From Octopus vulgaris (Eukaryota), in assembly GCA_951406725.2 (NCBI GenBank), contig OX597823.1, forward strand, positions 14,632,001-14,696,000: 64,000 nt of DNA, written 5' to 3'. Below the pieces are notes generated by a model, which did not search any database, had not been told where the DNA came from, and worked only from the letters and a program-made list of their open reading frames with translations. Below are positions 24,512 to 38,310 of this stretch, one piece after another; positions within the stretch are counted from its first letter, which is position 1, and each line of letters opens with the position of its first letter. A program made the position numbers and the translations under genes.

Positions 24512-24897
24512 TCAACCAGTGCTTCCGGTTTCAGTCCTTTAGGCAAGTGTCTTCTGTTATAGTCTCGGGTTCACCAAAGCTTTGTGAGTGGATATGGTAG
24601 ACGGAAACTGAAAGAAGCCCGTCGAATATATATATGTGTGTGTGTGTGTGTGTATGTATAATTATGTGTGTGTTTTTGTGCTTGTGTTTGTCCCACCACC
24701 ATCGCTTGACAACTGTCGTTCGCGTGTTTACGTCACCCTAACTTAGCAGTTCGGCTAAAGAGACCGATAGAATAAGCACTAGGCTTACAAAAAAATAACT
24801 CTTGAGGGTCGGTTTCTTCGACTAAAAACCCCTTTAAGGCAGTGCTCCAGTATGGCTGCACTCAAATGACTGGAACAAATAAAAAAAATAAACGAAT
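24512..24897 (+). mobile_element. SINE family A
   Basis: Colinear with 6419-6836; head degraded. Confidence 0.85.
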
Positions 24898-24922
24898 ATA
24901 CATATATTTATATACACACACA

Positions 24923-24958
<36 letters not shown>

Positions 24959-25242
24959 ACGAATGCATGTTGTAACAGACACGCTATCTGCTAAGATAGC
25001 GTGTACTCACAGCTGCGTGCACACCGCTGTGTGCTCACTGGAACGGCTACTTTTTTTTTTCCTCATAGATCTTATTGTTCGGAGTCTATTGTTGGTTAAA
25101 CAACAACATCTATTACAACAATGTGTGATACAATACATTATACAGAATTCAAGACTACATGTCACGCACCACGAAAGCACACAGTTCATTGCGCAGCCCA
25201 CAGCTTAAACTATATTTCAAGGTAACATAACAACAGTAGCGC

Positions 25243-25490
25243 TGGTACTCCGTCTGTTACGACGAGGAAGCCTCCAGTTGATCCGACCAACGGGTGGCCG
25301 AGCACTCCACAAACAGACGTGACACAGAAAGTGACAAAGCTGGACCTTTGAATTATAAATACAATTCATTTTTACGAGCGGAGTGACTAGAGCAATGCAA
25401 AATAAAGTGTCTTGTTCAAGGACACAAACACTTCCAGGAATCGAACTCGCGGCCTCACGACCCTCGCTGAATATCCTAAACACTAAGCCA
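25243..25490 (-). mobile_element. Degenerate family C-related SINE
   Basis: ACTCCGTCTGTTACGACGAGG tail and CCAGGAATCGAACTC B box. Confidence 0.7.
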
Positions 25491-25566
25491 GTACAACAGC
25501 AGTACACATCTCACAATATACCACAAATGCTGCGCAACTCACCACACTACACTACAAAATATATCA

Positions 25567-25915
25567 CACTTCACAACACAACACACTTCACAACACAACA
25601 CACTTCACAACACAACATATTTCACAACACAACACACTTCACAACACAACACACTTCACAACACAACATATTTCACAACACAACACACTTCACAACACAA
25701 CACACTTCACAACACAACACATTTCACAACACAACACACTTCACAACACAACACACTTTACAACACAACACACTTCACAACACAACACACTTCACAACAC
25801 AACACACTTCACAACACAACACACTTCACAACACAACACACTTCACAACACAACACACTTCACAACACAACACACTTCACAACACAACACACTTTACAAC
25901 ACAACACATTACACA
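25567..25915. repeat. 17-bp minisatellite (CACTTCACAACACAACA) x about 20
   Basis: Directly visible; explains the 17-aa periodic ORF 25383-25997. Confidence 0.92.
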
Positions 25916-26886
25916 ACGTTGCACATTAACACAGCGCTGCTCACTTCACCACACTATCTGCCTAACAACCAAGGGGCCCATATTCCGGGTGTGTTAGGTG
26001 TGTGCTGCACATCCATCGAAAATGGTAAATTCATTACTCATTAATTTAATCACAAATCTTAAGGAAAAGCTTTTGACATACCCCTGCTTGGTGGCACTGG
26101 GTGTGACAGTACACCGAATACAACAACTACAGTATCTGCCGGAATGTACAGACATCACATCACATCACGTTATAATTCACAACTCAACATAACGCATCAA
26201 ACTACACTAAACTCACTAAACCACCAAGTATAACACATCCCTACTACACAACACATTATAAAAATACAACGCACAACAAATAATGCGGCACACAATGATA
26301 CACACAACGCAACACTTACACGTCACTCAACACAGCACATCACAAAATATTACATATTAGACAAAACAACACAAAACACATTACATACGTCGCCACACAG
26401 CACTATTCAAGACAACAGTACACATTACAAACCACTGCACACCTTACAAAACTACACAACACCAGACATCTCACATCATAAAAAAACGTATCGCTATTCA
26501 CAACACTAACCATACAACAACACAGCATTACTCAACCAGGAATTAATTTTTTTACAAAACAAAGAAAAAGCTAGAACTCGTAGCCAAATCTCCCTCCAAT
26601 CGTACGATGCTGTCTTTGAACTAGAAAGAACATTCTGCTATGTAATGCAAAGTATTTTAACAACTGCAATGCCTCTGATCATATGACTAACATGGGGGGG
26701 GGGGCTGAAAAATCACAATATATAAACGCATAATAAAAAATAACAATGCATAACACACAGTACCGCATCCAACGCCACACACTATAATACATATTATAAA
26801 AGCTACACATATACATACAAGCAATACAACAAACACACATACACACTCACACACACATGCGCACGCACGCACGCACACACACACAC

Positions 26887-26942
<56 letters not shown>

Positions 26943-27043
26943 GTTTGTATATATATATGTATATACACATGTATATATATACACACAGACACACGCAAAT
27001 ACAAACACATTCACACACACATACACACAAGCACACACACACG

Positions 27044-27074
<31 letters not shown>

Positions 27075-27444
27075 AGACGCGCGCGCACGCACACATACAT
27101 ACGTATACTACATGGTACCCTAAAAACAGTCACATGTAGCATATTTTCACAAAATACACACCATACAATCCACACTCGCACATAACACGTAACACCTTCA
27201 TGGACGCACTTACACTCAGGTAACCACACACACACACTTACCACACAGGCACACACTCTCCACACACACAGACACACGTGTACGTTCCTGCATCTCCGTT
27301 TCGTATAAAGGACCGGAAGACATTGCAGCATTAATCAGTGTGCCACAGTAACCTTGGTGAATTACTATCACATGACAATCACCTGACCTACCTCGATCTG
27401 TGTCATGTTACACAAGAAGATGGCGTCGATTGAGTCTGCGGCGG

Positions 27445-28285
27445 TGATGACGACGACGACGACGACGAAGAAGAAGAAGAAGAAGAAGAAGAAGAAGAAG
27501 AAGAAGAAGAAGAAGAGGAGGAGGAGGAGGAGGAGGAGGAGAAGAAGGAGAAGAAGAAGAAGAAGAAGAAGAAGAAGAAGAAGAAGAAGAAGGAGGAGGA
27601 GGAGGAGGAGAAGAAGAAGAAGAAGAAGAAGAAGAAGAAGAAGAGGAGGAGGAGGAGGAGGAGGAGGAGAAGGAGAAGGAGAAGAAGAAGAAGAAGAAGA
27701 AGAAGAAGAAAAAGAAGAAGAAGAAAAAGAAGAAGAAGAAAAAGAAGAAGAAAAAGAAGAAGAAAAAGAAGAAGAAGAAAAAGAAGAAGAAAAAGAAGAA
27801 GAAAAAGAAGAAGAAGAAAAAGAAAAGAAAAAGAAGAAGAAAAAGAAGAAGAAGAAAAAGAAGAAGAAAAAGAAGAAGAAAAAGAAGAAGAAAAAAAGAA
27901 GAAGAAAATGTAATGAAGAAGAAAAAGAAGAAGAAGAAAAAGAAGAAAAAGAAGAAGAAGAAAAAGAAGAAGAAAAAGAAGAAGAAAAAGAAGAAGAAAA
28001 AGAAGAAGAAGAAGAAAAAGAAGAAGAAGACGAAGAAGAAGACGTCTAAGATATAAGAAAAAGACGAAGAAGAAGAAGAAGAAGAAGAAGAAGAAGAAGA
28101 AGAAGAAGAAGAAGAAGAAGAAGAAGAAGAAGAAGAAGAAGAAGAAGAAAAGGAGAAGAAGAAGAAGAAGAAGACGAAGAAGAAGAAGAAGAAGAAAAAG
28201 AAGAAGAAGAAGAAGAAGAAGAAGAAGAAGAAGAAGAAGACGACGAAGAAGAAGGCGAAGAAGAAGAAGAAGAAGAAGAAGAAAA
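27445..28285. repeat. (GAA)/(GGA) purine microsatellite with GAAAAA interruptions
   Basis: Directly visible, about 840 bp. Confidence 0.95.
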
Positions 28286-28432
28286 CTTGGCGGTTGAGAA
28301 CGAAGATGTAACAAGGAAAATCAAGAAAGAATTAGTGTATGGACAAAAGAGAAATGATTACACTATCTTGTCACGTTATCTCACGCGAAATTTCTAACCA
28401 GCCATCTTGCAACCACCCATCCATCCATATAT

Positions 28433-28525
<93 letters not shown>

Positions 28526-28591
28526 TGTATGTATGTATGTATGTATGTATGTATGTATGTGTGTGTTATGTGTGTGTGTGTGTGTGTGTGT

Positions 28592-28735
28592 GTGGCTGAG
28601 TTGTATGGAGCTTGCTTACGAACCACGTTGTTCCGGGTTCAGTACCACTGCGTGGCACCTTGGGCAAGTGTCTCCTACTATAGATTAGAGTCGACCAAAG
28701 TCTTGTGAGTGGATTTGCTGAAAGAAGCACGTCGT
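28592..28735 (+). mobile_element. SINE family A, 5' half
   Basis: TTCCGGGTTCAGTACCACTGCGTGGCACCTTGGGCAAGTG. Confidence 0.8.
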
Positions 28736-28768
28736 ATATATGTATATATATATACATACATACATGCA

Positions 28769-28881
<113 letters not shown>

Positions 28882-29189
28882 GTATATGTATATGTATGTA
28901 TGTATGTTTTTATGTTTATATATATATTTTATTATGAATACTTAGAAGAAACAACTAACTCAAGTTTTGTGCCAACGCACAGAACTACGGGCCTTTGAGT
29001 CACTCTGTAGTTGCAGCTAAATTGATAAAAAAGACATACATTTACTCATATTTTGAGTTCCGTCTTTCCCGTTTGCATCACTACACCTATATACGTGTCT
29101 GTGTGTTGTGCGCGCGCGTTTTATGTAAGAATATGTATATACATGTCTGTTTATATACATAGACATGTACATTTATATATAAACATGTG

Positions 29190-29259
<70 letters not shown>

Positions 29260-29276
29260 CATATATTGCATATATA

Positions 29277-29310
<34 letters not shown>

Positions 29311-29426
29311 CACATATACAGAGAGGGACAGAGATACATACATACGTACATAAATATACATACATACATAAACGTACATACATACATACATACATACATA
29401 AATGTACATACATACATACATACACG

Positions 29427-29460
<34 letters not shown>

Positions 29461-29479
29461 CATATATATACATATATAC

Positions 29480-29585
<106 letters not shown>

Positions 29586-30690
29586 GTATGTATGTATGTA
29601 TGTATGTATGACTAGCGCCATTATGTTCAATGCTTTATTCTCAAGTTTGTTGCTGCAGCAGCTGCAATTGATGGTCCTTCATGTTGTTGCTCCCGTAGCT
29701 GCTGCTGCTGCTGCTGCTGCTGCTGTTAGCGTTGCTGCTGCTGCTGCAGCTATTGTTCTTCTTGTTTTCTCTCACCTTGTAATTTATCTCGGAAAATATC
29801 GTTAACAATGCAGTAATGTCTTCGTGACATAATTGGAATTCATTGATTTCATACATACAAGAAAGCGGAATATTTCTTATTATACAGACGCAGGTACAAA
29901 AAAAAGAAGATCGAGTAACGGTCATGCCTTTCTCAAGGTTATAAATGATATAAGTGAAATTAATTGGGGGGTTGGGTGGTGGGTGGCAATCGGGTGTAAC
30001 TACCAGCTAGAAGACAAGGATCGTTTTGGGCGTGTGTTGTTAGTAAACACGCAGTTTAACATCGCTGTAAAGAGTAAACGAAGGCCAGCACTGTTATGCA
30101 AATCAGGTTAAACCAAATTACTTGTGAATCTGATAAGTCTACAAATTGCTGCTGGTTAATCTACAACTTACTGCTAGCTAATCGAGGAAATATGTAATCT
30201 GGCTCTGGCGAGTCGTTTGGAAACTTTGATACCTTTTTCTATTGATAGAGAGGTAAAAATATGATATATACGCAGCAAGTTCTGTACTTATTAAATACAC
30301 ACACACCTATGCATTTCTTTATATCTTTACATACATACATGCATACATGCGTACATACATACACACTTATGCATACATGCATGTATCTATGTGCATGAAA
30401 TAATGAGTAGTCTATAGAATACGCATTGTAACTTTTGATATACATGCTTGATTAATTAATTAATTAATTAATTAATAATTAATTAATCAATCAATCAGTC
30501 AGCAGGCAATTAGGCTTGACTACCAAAGATAAATACACACACACGCACGCGCGCGCATATACATATATATATATATATGTGTATATATAGTCAATCCAAA
30601 ACATGAACAAGCAAGAAAAAACAACAACGCGAGACCGTGGAATAAGTACAGTATTATTGGACGCTCAGGAAAGAAAAGAAAAGTAAGAGG

Positions 30691-30726
30691 ATTTCACGTT
30701 TCGAGTGGAATCTCTTCATCAGAAAT
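30691..30726 (-). ncRNA. Minimal hammerhead-like motif (probably inactive: G at cleavage position)
   Basis: Minus: ATTT-CTGATGA-A-GAG-ATTCCA-CTC-GAAA-CG-T-G-AAAT; lies in a ~200-bp element (30590-30790) related to 34890-35065 and 40790-40985. Confidence 0.55.
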
Positions 30727-30789
30727 ATAGAAAAAGTTCAAAGAAGGAAAGACGGAGAAAGAAAGTCGCAAACGATACACACACGGTCA

Positions 30790-31266
30790 CATGTATGTAT
30801 GTATGTATGTATGTATGTATGTATGTATGTATGTATGTATGTATGTATGTATGATGCATTCATGTATGTATGTATGTATGTATGTATGCATGTTGATGTG
30901 ATGTTGTATGTATGTATGTATGTATGTATGTATGTATGTATGTATGTATGTATGTACGGTCACATGTATGTATGTATGTATGTATGTATGTATGTATGTA
31001 TGTATGTATGTATGTATGTATGTATGTATGTATGTATGTATGTATGTATGTATGTATGCATGCATGCATGAATGTATGTATGTATGTATGTATGCATGTA
31101 TGTGTGTATGTATGTATGTATGGATGTATGTATGTATTTATTCATGTATGTATGTATGTTTGTATGCTTGCATGTATGTATGTATGCATGTATGTATGTA
31201 TGTATGTATGTATGTATGTATGTATGTATGTATGTATGTATGTATGCATGCATGTATGTATGTACG

Positions 31267-31297
<31 letters not shown>

Positions 31298-31439
31298 TGT
31301 ATGTATGTATGTATGTATGCATGCATGTATGTATGTATGTATGTATGTATGTATGTATGTATGCATGTATGTATGTATGTATGTATGTATGTATGTATGT
31401 ATGTATGTATGTATGTATGTATGTATGTATGTATGTATG

Positions 31440-31467
<28 letters not shown>
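30790..31467. repeat. (TATG)n microsatellite
   Basis: Directly visible. Confidence 0.95.
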
Positions 31468-31472
<5 letters not shown>

Positions 31473-31569
31473 GTACTTGTGTTTAGCCCCAAAAGGCTCG
31501 GAAACGGTGCATCCTCAAGAAAAACGAATTTGATTTTCGAAATCTGCGTCCAATAAAAAGGGTCGTCCA

Positions 31570-32078
<509 letters not shown>

Positions 32079-32080
32079 AA

Positions 32081-33205
32081 GGCTGAGTACGTATTCAAAA
32101 GCCGCCTACAAAAAGTCAACCATTTGTTATTCATGGACAATCTCAAACTTCATGATAAAGATGAAGCCCAAGTCAGTTAACCTCGTTGATACGGTGTTTA
32201 CCTTCAGATCTGATATCAGAAGGGAGTTCGGACTGAGAAAGAGTGGTTTGTTAGTCTTGAAGAGAGGCAAAATCGAATGTATGGACGGACTAACGATACC
32301 GTCGGGGGAGGTTATGAAGCAGATAGAAAAGACGAGCTATAAGTACTTGGGGATTTGAGGAATAGATAAATTGATGGAGAAAGAAATGACAGAAAAATTT
32401 AAGGTGGAGTACTAACACAGACTGAGACTGATCCTTAAGTCGAAATTAAGCGGACGGAATAAGATTAAAGCTATCAACACCTGGGCGGTTTCATTCCTTA
32501 GATATGAAGCAGGGGTAACCGCATGGACAGTAGATGAACCTAACAGCTTAAACAGAAATACAAGGAAATTACTAACTAGATATGGGTCACTTCACCCAAA
32601 AAGTGACACAGACAAACTGTATGTACCAAGAAAAAGAGGGGGAAGAGGACTTATTGGATGCGAACACAGTATTAGAGTAGAAGAAAACAACATAGCATGG
32701 TATGTAAAAATTCCACAGAATTGCTAATATTATAAGTAAGGTCAGGCTTATGTAGGATGAAAGATTGCAAAGATAAAGCACTATACAAGAAACTGAAAAC
32801 GAATGAAACTGAAAATAGGTGGATAAAGAAAAGAATGCATAGTCAATTTCATAGGGATGTTGAAGATAAGACAGACAGAGAAAAAAGATGGCTGTGGATG
32901 ACTAAAAGTGATTTAAAACTGGAAACGGAGGCTCTAATCTGTGCTGCCCAAGAGCAAGCACTAAGAACAAACTACATAAAATACAGAATAGAAACACAGC
33001 AGAAAGTGATAAGTGCAGGATCTGTGGAGAAAACGGTGAAACAGTATGGCATATTACCAGCCAATGTACGCCACTAGCCCAGAAGGAATATAAGAGACGC
33101 CACGACAATATAGCCAGGCTTGTCCATTGGACACTTTGCAACAAGTATGGACTTGACAGAACAAAAAATTGGTACGACCTCAAACCTGAAGGCATCGTCG
33201 AATAT
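32081..33205 (+). pseudogene. R4/Dong-clade (RLE) non-LTR retrotransposon fragment: RT C-terminus and CCHC zinc knuckle
   Basis: Motifs across frameshifts: HLLFMDNLKL, EFGLRK, YKYLGI, NKIKAINTWAV, LYVPRKRGGRGL, ETEALICAAQEQALRTN, CRICGENGETVWHITSQC, RRHDNIARLVHW. Confidence 0.9.
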
Positions 33206-34327
33206 TTGCTGGGAGAAGTAACTTAATTTTTAAACCGACAAGTCTCCCACTCTATATTTCACCACCAGTGTATCTCTTTTTGCCTATTGTGAGTATGGTA
33301 CTTTACGTTTTTCTTGTATGGTATAGAGTCGGGAAATTTTTCAACCAATACAACTACATAATTAACTGTAGTTTCACTACGATCACGTAAAGAATAGTGT
33401 CATGCTCACTAACAATGCTGAATGCACGTCCTTGTCAAGGATCCCTAATGCATATGTAATTCACTAATCATGCAACGTAGAAGCAATAATTTAGGAAGAT
33501 TAAGTCATATCTTTAAAACTCAACTTAATTGAATCACGTGAGCGCAATAGAGGCATGAAAGAAGGAACATTTAAGCATCGATTTTATAAGGCTCCTTTAG
33601 ACACATAGATTAAAAGAACACTACAAGACTGGACAACTACGTCATGAAAATCCAGGAATGATGCATGTTTGTATGTAGCAGATAACAGGATAATCCTCAA
33701 AACCTTTCAAAAATAAGATCACTTTTTCAACAACTAATCAAAACCTTTTGAGAAACTCTGATATTTCCTGTTATGCAACTGAAAACATCCTATCACCTGG
33801 TAGACACTACATATATGCAGAATTATCTGATATTACTTCACTTCAATTTTTTTACTCTTTCCCATCTCAGGTTTCCCCCCTATATCATTCACCTAATTTA
33901 TGTTTTTTTGATTGTGCGACTCATGTTCTCTTCCCTTATACTCATTATCCCCCACTGGTGAAAGCTACTCTCTTTTTAACTATTCGTATTTTCCCAGTAA
34001 TTTTTAGTCAATTTTTAGAGGAAATAATTCACACTTTATGAGGACAAGCTATCCCCCTTTATGGAAGTGGAAGTTTTCAGAATATTTCTCTTTTATACCA
34101 TGAGATAAATAAGACAGGAAGACCGAGCTCACAAAACCATGACAATTTTCACACCATCTACAACTTTTTCTTCGATTTTTCCTTCTTTTAACAATGGAGA
34201 AGCCAGGTATATTTTTGTTTATTGACTATACTGAGTTGCATCCAGATCACCGTGTCAAATTTCATAAAGATTCGTTGAGAAACAGGGAATTATTTCAAGA
34301 TGAATATACTGCTTCTTGTGTAGATTT

Positions 34328-34700
34328 GTGGCTGTGTGGTAAGTAGCTTGCTTACCAACCGCATGGTCATGGGTTCAGTCCCACTGCTTGGGCAAGTGTC
34401 TTCCACTATAGCCTCGGGACGACCAAAGCCTTGTGAGTGGATTTGGTAGACGGAAACTGAAAGAGGCCCGTCGTGTATATATATGTATGTGTGTATATAT
34501 ATTTGTGCGTCTGTGTTTGCCCCTCACCCCCAATATCACTTGACAACTGATGCTCGTAACTTAGCAGTTCGGCAAAATACACCGATAGAATAAGTACTAG
34601 GCTTACAATGAATAAGCTCTGGGGTCTATTTGCTCGACTAAAGGCGGTGCACCAGCATGGCCGCAGTCAAATGACTGAAACAAGTAAAAGAATAAAAGAA
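34328..34700 (+). mobile_element. SINE family A, full length
   Basis: Colinear with 6419-6836. Confidence 0.9.
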
Positions 34701-34930
34701 TAATTGTACCATTGGCTCCAGGTGTTTGGGGACCCAAATTGATTCACCTTTAATGATAATATTTATTAGAAACAGCAACAGGCGTAGCAGTATGGTAAGA
34801 AGATTGCTTCCCAACTACATGGTTCCGGGAAACTGAAAGAAACCGTCGTCTGTATATGTATGTCCATATATATATAGACATACATATATATTTTCTCTCC
34901 TTGTTTCTCTCCTTGTTTTTTTCTGTGTCC

Positions 34931-34966
34931 CTTTCTGTAGAAGAGCGTAGGCTCGAAACGTAAAAG
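34931..34966 (+). ncRNA. Minimal hammerhead-like motif, A6U core variant
   Basis: CTTT-CTGTAGA-A-GAGC-GTAG-GCTC-GAAA-CG-TA-AAAG; ACGT palindrome; in a ~175-bp element ending at (TA)n. Confidence 0.55.
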
Positions 34967-35071
34967 ACTTTTTCTATTCCTGAGCGTTATACTAATACAT
35001 CTGTTTGTTTTGTACACCACCTGTCTTCGTCTTTTGTTTTTTTTTTTTTCGTAAACTCTCCCTATATATAT

Positions 35072-35143
35072 AAGATTGAAACCAGTACTAAAATGTTCTT
35101 CATGATAAAATTATTTTAGAATTTTCTATCTTGTCTTATTTTC

Positions 35144-35183
<40 letters not shown>

Positions 35184-35254
35184 AAAATAAGACAAGATAG
35201 AAAATTCTAAAATAATTTTATCATGAAGAACATTTTAGTACTGGTTTCAATCTT
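35072..35254. repeat. Perfect 74-bp inverted repeat around a (TA)n spacer
   Basis: 35072-35145 is the exact reverse complement of 35181-35254 by manual comparison. Confidence 0.92.
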
Positions 35255-35270
35255 TGCGACTTTTTCAAGC
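35236..35270 (-). ncRNA. Hammerhead-like motif, U3-A8 core variant (degenerate helix I)
   Basis: Minus: TTGAAAA-AGTC-GCAAA-GATT-GAAA-CCAG-TA; homologous to 41253-41294. Confidence 0.4.
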
Positions 35271-35492
35271 ATGAAAAATAATAAAATTGTGGAAAAATGA
35301 AATGAAATGTTTTTTTTAAAATATTTCCATTGTTTTCAAATGTAAGAGAGGTTTTCCTTTTTTCTGTCTCTCTCTGTCTCTCTTTTTTACTCTTGTGAGT
35401 TGTTGGTAGTTAGCAGCAGCTAGTAAGTAGTTTGATGTGAATTCTTGTCTTTGATTGTTGAAACAACAGTAATAGTAGAGAAAGGAGGCGGG

Positions 35493-35675
35493 GAAGAAGA
35501 AGAAGAAGAAGAAGAAGAAGAAGAAGAAGAAGAAGAAGAAGAAGAAGAAGAAGAAGAAGAAGAAGAAGAAGAAGAAGAAGAAGAAGAAGAAGAAGAAGAA
35601 GAAGAAGAAGAAGAAGAAGAAGAAGAAGAAGAAGAAGAAGAAGAAGAAGAAGAAGAAGAAGAAGAAGAAGAAGAA
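35493..35675. repeat. Pure (GAA)n, about 60 units
   Basis: Directly visible. Confidence 0.95.
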
Positions 35676-35818
35676 ATATTCAGGCTTGGGTTAGGAGACT
35701 TTTCATAGATTTGGGCTGTCTTTTGCTCTTTATGATGGTGTACGTTTGGGGATTATATTCATCCTCTGGTCCCTTTTTAGTAGGGAACGGTTTTAGAGGA
35801 TGATATCGAAGGCTTCGT

Positions 35819-35942
<124 letters not shown>

Positions 35943-35978
35943 TCGTGGGATTACTGTATTCACACACACACACACACA

Positions 35979-36049
<71 letters not shown>

Positions 36050-36604
36050 CTGTATATATATAAGGCAGGATGTGTGTGTGTACGTGATTGTAGTTTATGC
36101 ACATCCACAAATCTGCAGACATGTCGCTCAAATTTTAGGAGGACATTCGTCACGATCCTAGCTGTATTTTCGTCAAATTATATTCCCCCGAGGCACCCGC
36201 GAATAGCGGTAAATAATTTTGAGCTAAAATATCAATTTTCACGGCGGAGAAATCCACTGTAGTGACGCCATTATTATTGACAAAACATGAGTTAAGTCCC
36301 CTTCTAGCGACGGTGCAAAGAGAGAGAGGGAGAAGGGGGAGAGAGAGATTTAAAAAATTTCTTTTTAGTGAGTGATTGACAGACAAAAACAGACAGACAG
36401 GTGTTGTTATGAATGTATGTATGTATGTGTGAATGGCTTCAGTCACACACACACGAGCATTTATGCGCGTACAAAACAGATGCATGCAATGTGTGCGTTG
36501 ACCGTGTATATATATATATATATATATAAAGCTGAAGTTGTCTGTGTAAAAACAGTGCTGTATTGTATATTTTTATGATTATTTTTATAATTTGTATATA
36601 TTTA

Positions 36605-36967
36605 TCTACATATATAAAGCTGAAGTTGTCTGTGTGTGGCAGGTTTGGTAGCCTTCAACTACCACTATCTCCTCCAAGACCCTGCGGCGCAAGTTGACCA
36701 AAATTGAGAGTATGATAGAAGAAAAAATTCAAATCTGACCATGTTAACACCAAAAATTATTTACATCAAAAAAGTGCTTTTTTCTATGAAAATCCTTATT
36801 TTATAACGATTTTTTGACTGCTGTGTCGCCATTTTTCGGTGTATTTCAACCAGAAAACTGTTCACTTAAAGAGAATAACAAGCTACATAATGCAACATTT
36901 TTACCTTTCAAAAATTCCAAATATAAAAGGTCGAAACAAACGCAGCAACGCCGGGCGATACTGCTAG
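36605..36967 (+). mobile_element. Non-autonomous Helitron
   Basis: 5' TC(TACATATATAAAGCTGAAG), 3' GCAACGCCGGGCGATACTG-CTAG, inserted between A and T with no TSD; a 5' stub is repeated at about 36520-36547. Confidence 0.8.
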
Positions 36968-37059
36968 TATATATATATATATATGTGTGTCTGTACGATA
37001 CTGGAAAAAGGATATGTATTTGTGAAGGGAGCTTACTTTTCATCGACAACTGTGGTTGT

Positions 37060-37104
37060 CACACGCCGATGATGGGTCAATACTCAGAAATTCGAGTCCG
37101 TGTG
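37060..37104 (+). ncRNA. Compact type I hammerhead, U4C core variant
   Basis: CACACG-CCGATGA-TGGG-TCAATA-CTCA-GAAA-TTCGAG-TC-CGTGTG; 6-bp helix I; near-palindromic helix III; predicted cleavage after 37098. Confidence 0.7.
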
Positions 37105-37264
37105 TATCATAAGTTGAAGACGGGAAGGATGGCTTCCCTTTGCAAATACTGATAGGGCACAGAAAGTTTGTTCATAGCCAGCTGGAGGAGGTGCCCTCCT
37201 GGAGCTACAAACTACAGTAGCATCCATCCTTAGGGGTTAGCCATATTTAAATGGCAAATATACG

Positions 37265-37322
<58 letters not shown>

Positions 37323-37325
<3 letters not shown>

Positions 37326-37783
37326 TAATCCTTCGACTATCGCGTGTGTTACGTTCTAAACCCCAACGCCATAGGTGAACATTGGCGAAGTATTGTACTT
37401 TATTTTTCTTTTATTTTTATAATTTGTATATTTTTATTTTATCATAAATGCAAAACAACGCCAATCACTCGCTTCTCGAGTTTCGTTTTCCACACAGTAT
37501 GTGCAATTCTTTGTTTACTCATCTTTTAATATATTTTAATTAATGGATTATACAGTGCAGTATTGTACGGTATTTTTATTTATTAATTTATTAATCTTTA
37601 GGCGTGAAAATGCTTATTTTACCACGGAAATAATTAAAATCTAAAAATATAAGAATACCTAGCGGCCGCAGAAACCCGAGATGTACTGAGGAGTCCGCAA
37701 TATGAATTTACATGTATTAGGCAGAAATATCTGCCATGTAGTGAGGGCGCGATAGTTAAAGTAAACCGCGATATGGCGAGTGT
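37323..37783 (+). mobile_element. pogo/Tigger-like MITE
   Basis: CAGTAATCCTTCGACTATCGCG ... CCGCGATATGGCGAGTG imperfect TIRs, TA flanks; three copies in the window. Confidence 0.75.
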
Positions 37784-37813
37784 ATGTGTATATATATATA
37801 TATATATATATTA

Positions 37814-37880
<67 letters not shown>

Positions 37881-37921
37881 GTGTGTGTATATGTTATATA
37901 TATATATATATATATACATAT

Positions 37922-38310
37922 GAAGCTTGCTTACTAGCCACATGGTTTCGGGTTCAGTCCCACTACGTGGCACCTTGGGCCCGTGCCTTCTACTATAGCT
38001 TCGGGACGACCAAACCCCTGTGAGTGGTTTTGGTAGACGGAAACTGGAAGAAGTATGTCGTATTATGTATGTAAGTAAATTTTTGTTGTGTGACTTTGTG
38101 TCTGTGTTTGACATCCACCGCTTGATAGCAGCCGGTGTTGGTGTGTTTATATCCCCGTAACTTAATTGTCCGAAAAAAAAAACCAATGGAATAAGTGTCA
38201 GGCTTAGCAAAAGAAAACAAAAATTACTGGAGTCGATCCATTCGACTGAAAATTCTTCAAGGCGCTGCTCCAGCATGGCCGCAGTTTAAAGACTGGAACA
38301 ATTAAATGAT
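37922..38310 (+). mobile_element. SINE family A
   Basis: Colinear with other copies; head truncated. Confidence 0.85.

Noticed and set aside
25383-25997. 204-aa His/Thr-rich repeat protein
   Set aside because: Explained by a 17-bp minisatellite (not a multiple of 3); the start lies inside a SINE
27403-28314. Poly-E/K/R ORFs
   Set aside because: (GAA)n microsatellite
33205-34310. 1.1-kb unique AT-rich block, possible DNA transposon interior
   Set aside because: No TIRs, TSD or protein motif identified by eye
35493-35675. Pure (GAA)n as a functional element
   Set aside because: Long pure repeats are the norm in this window; nothing distinguishes it
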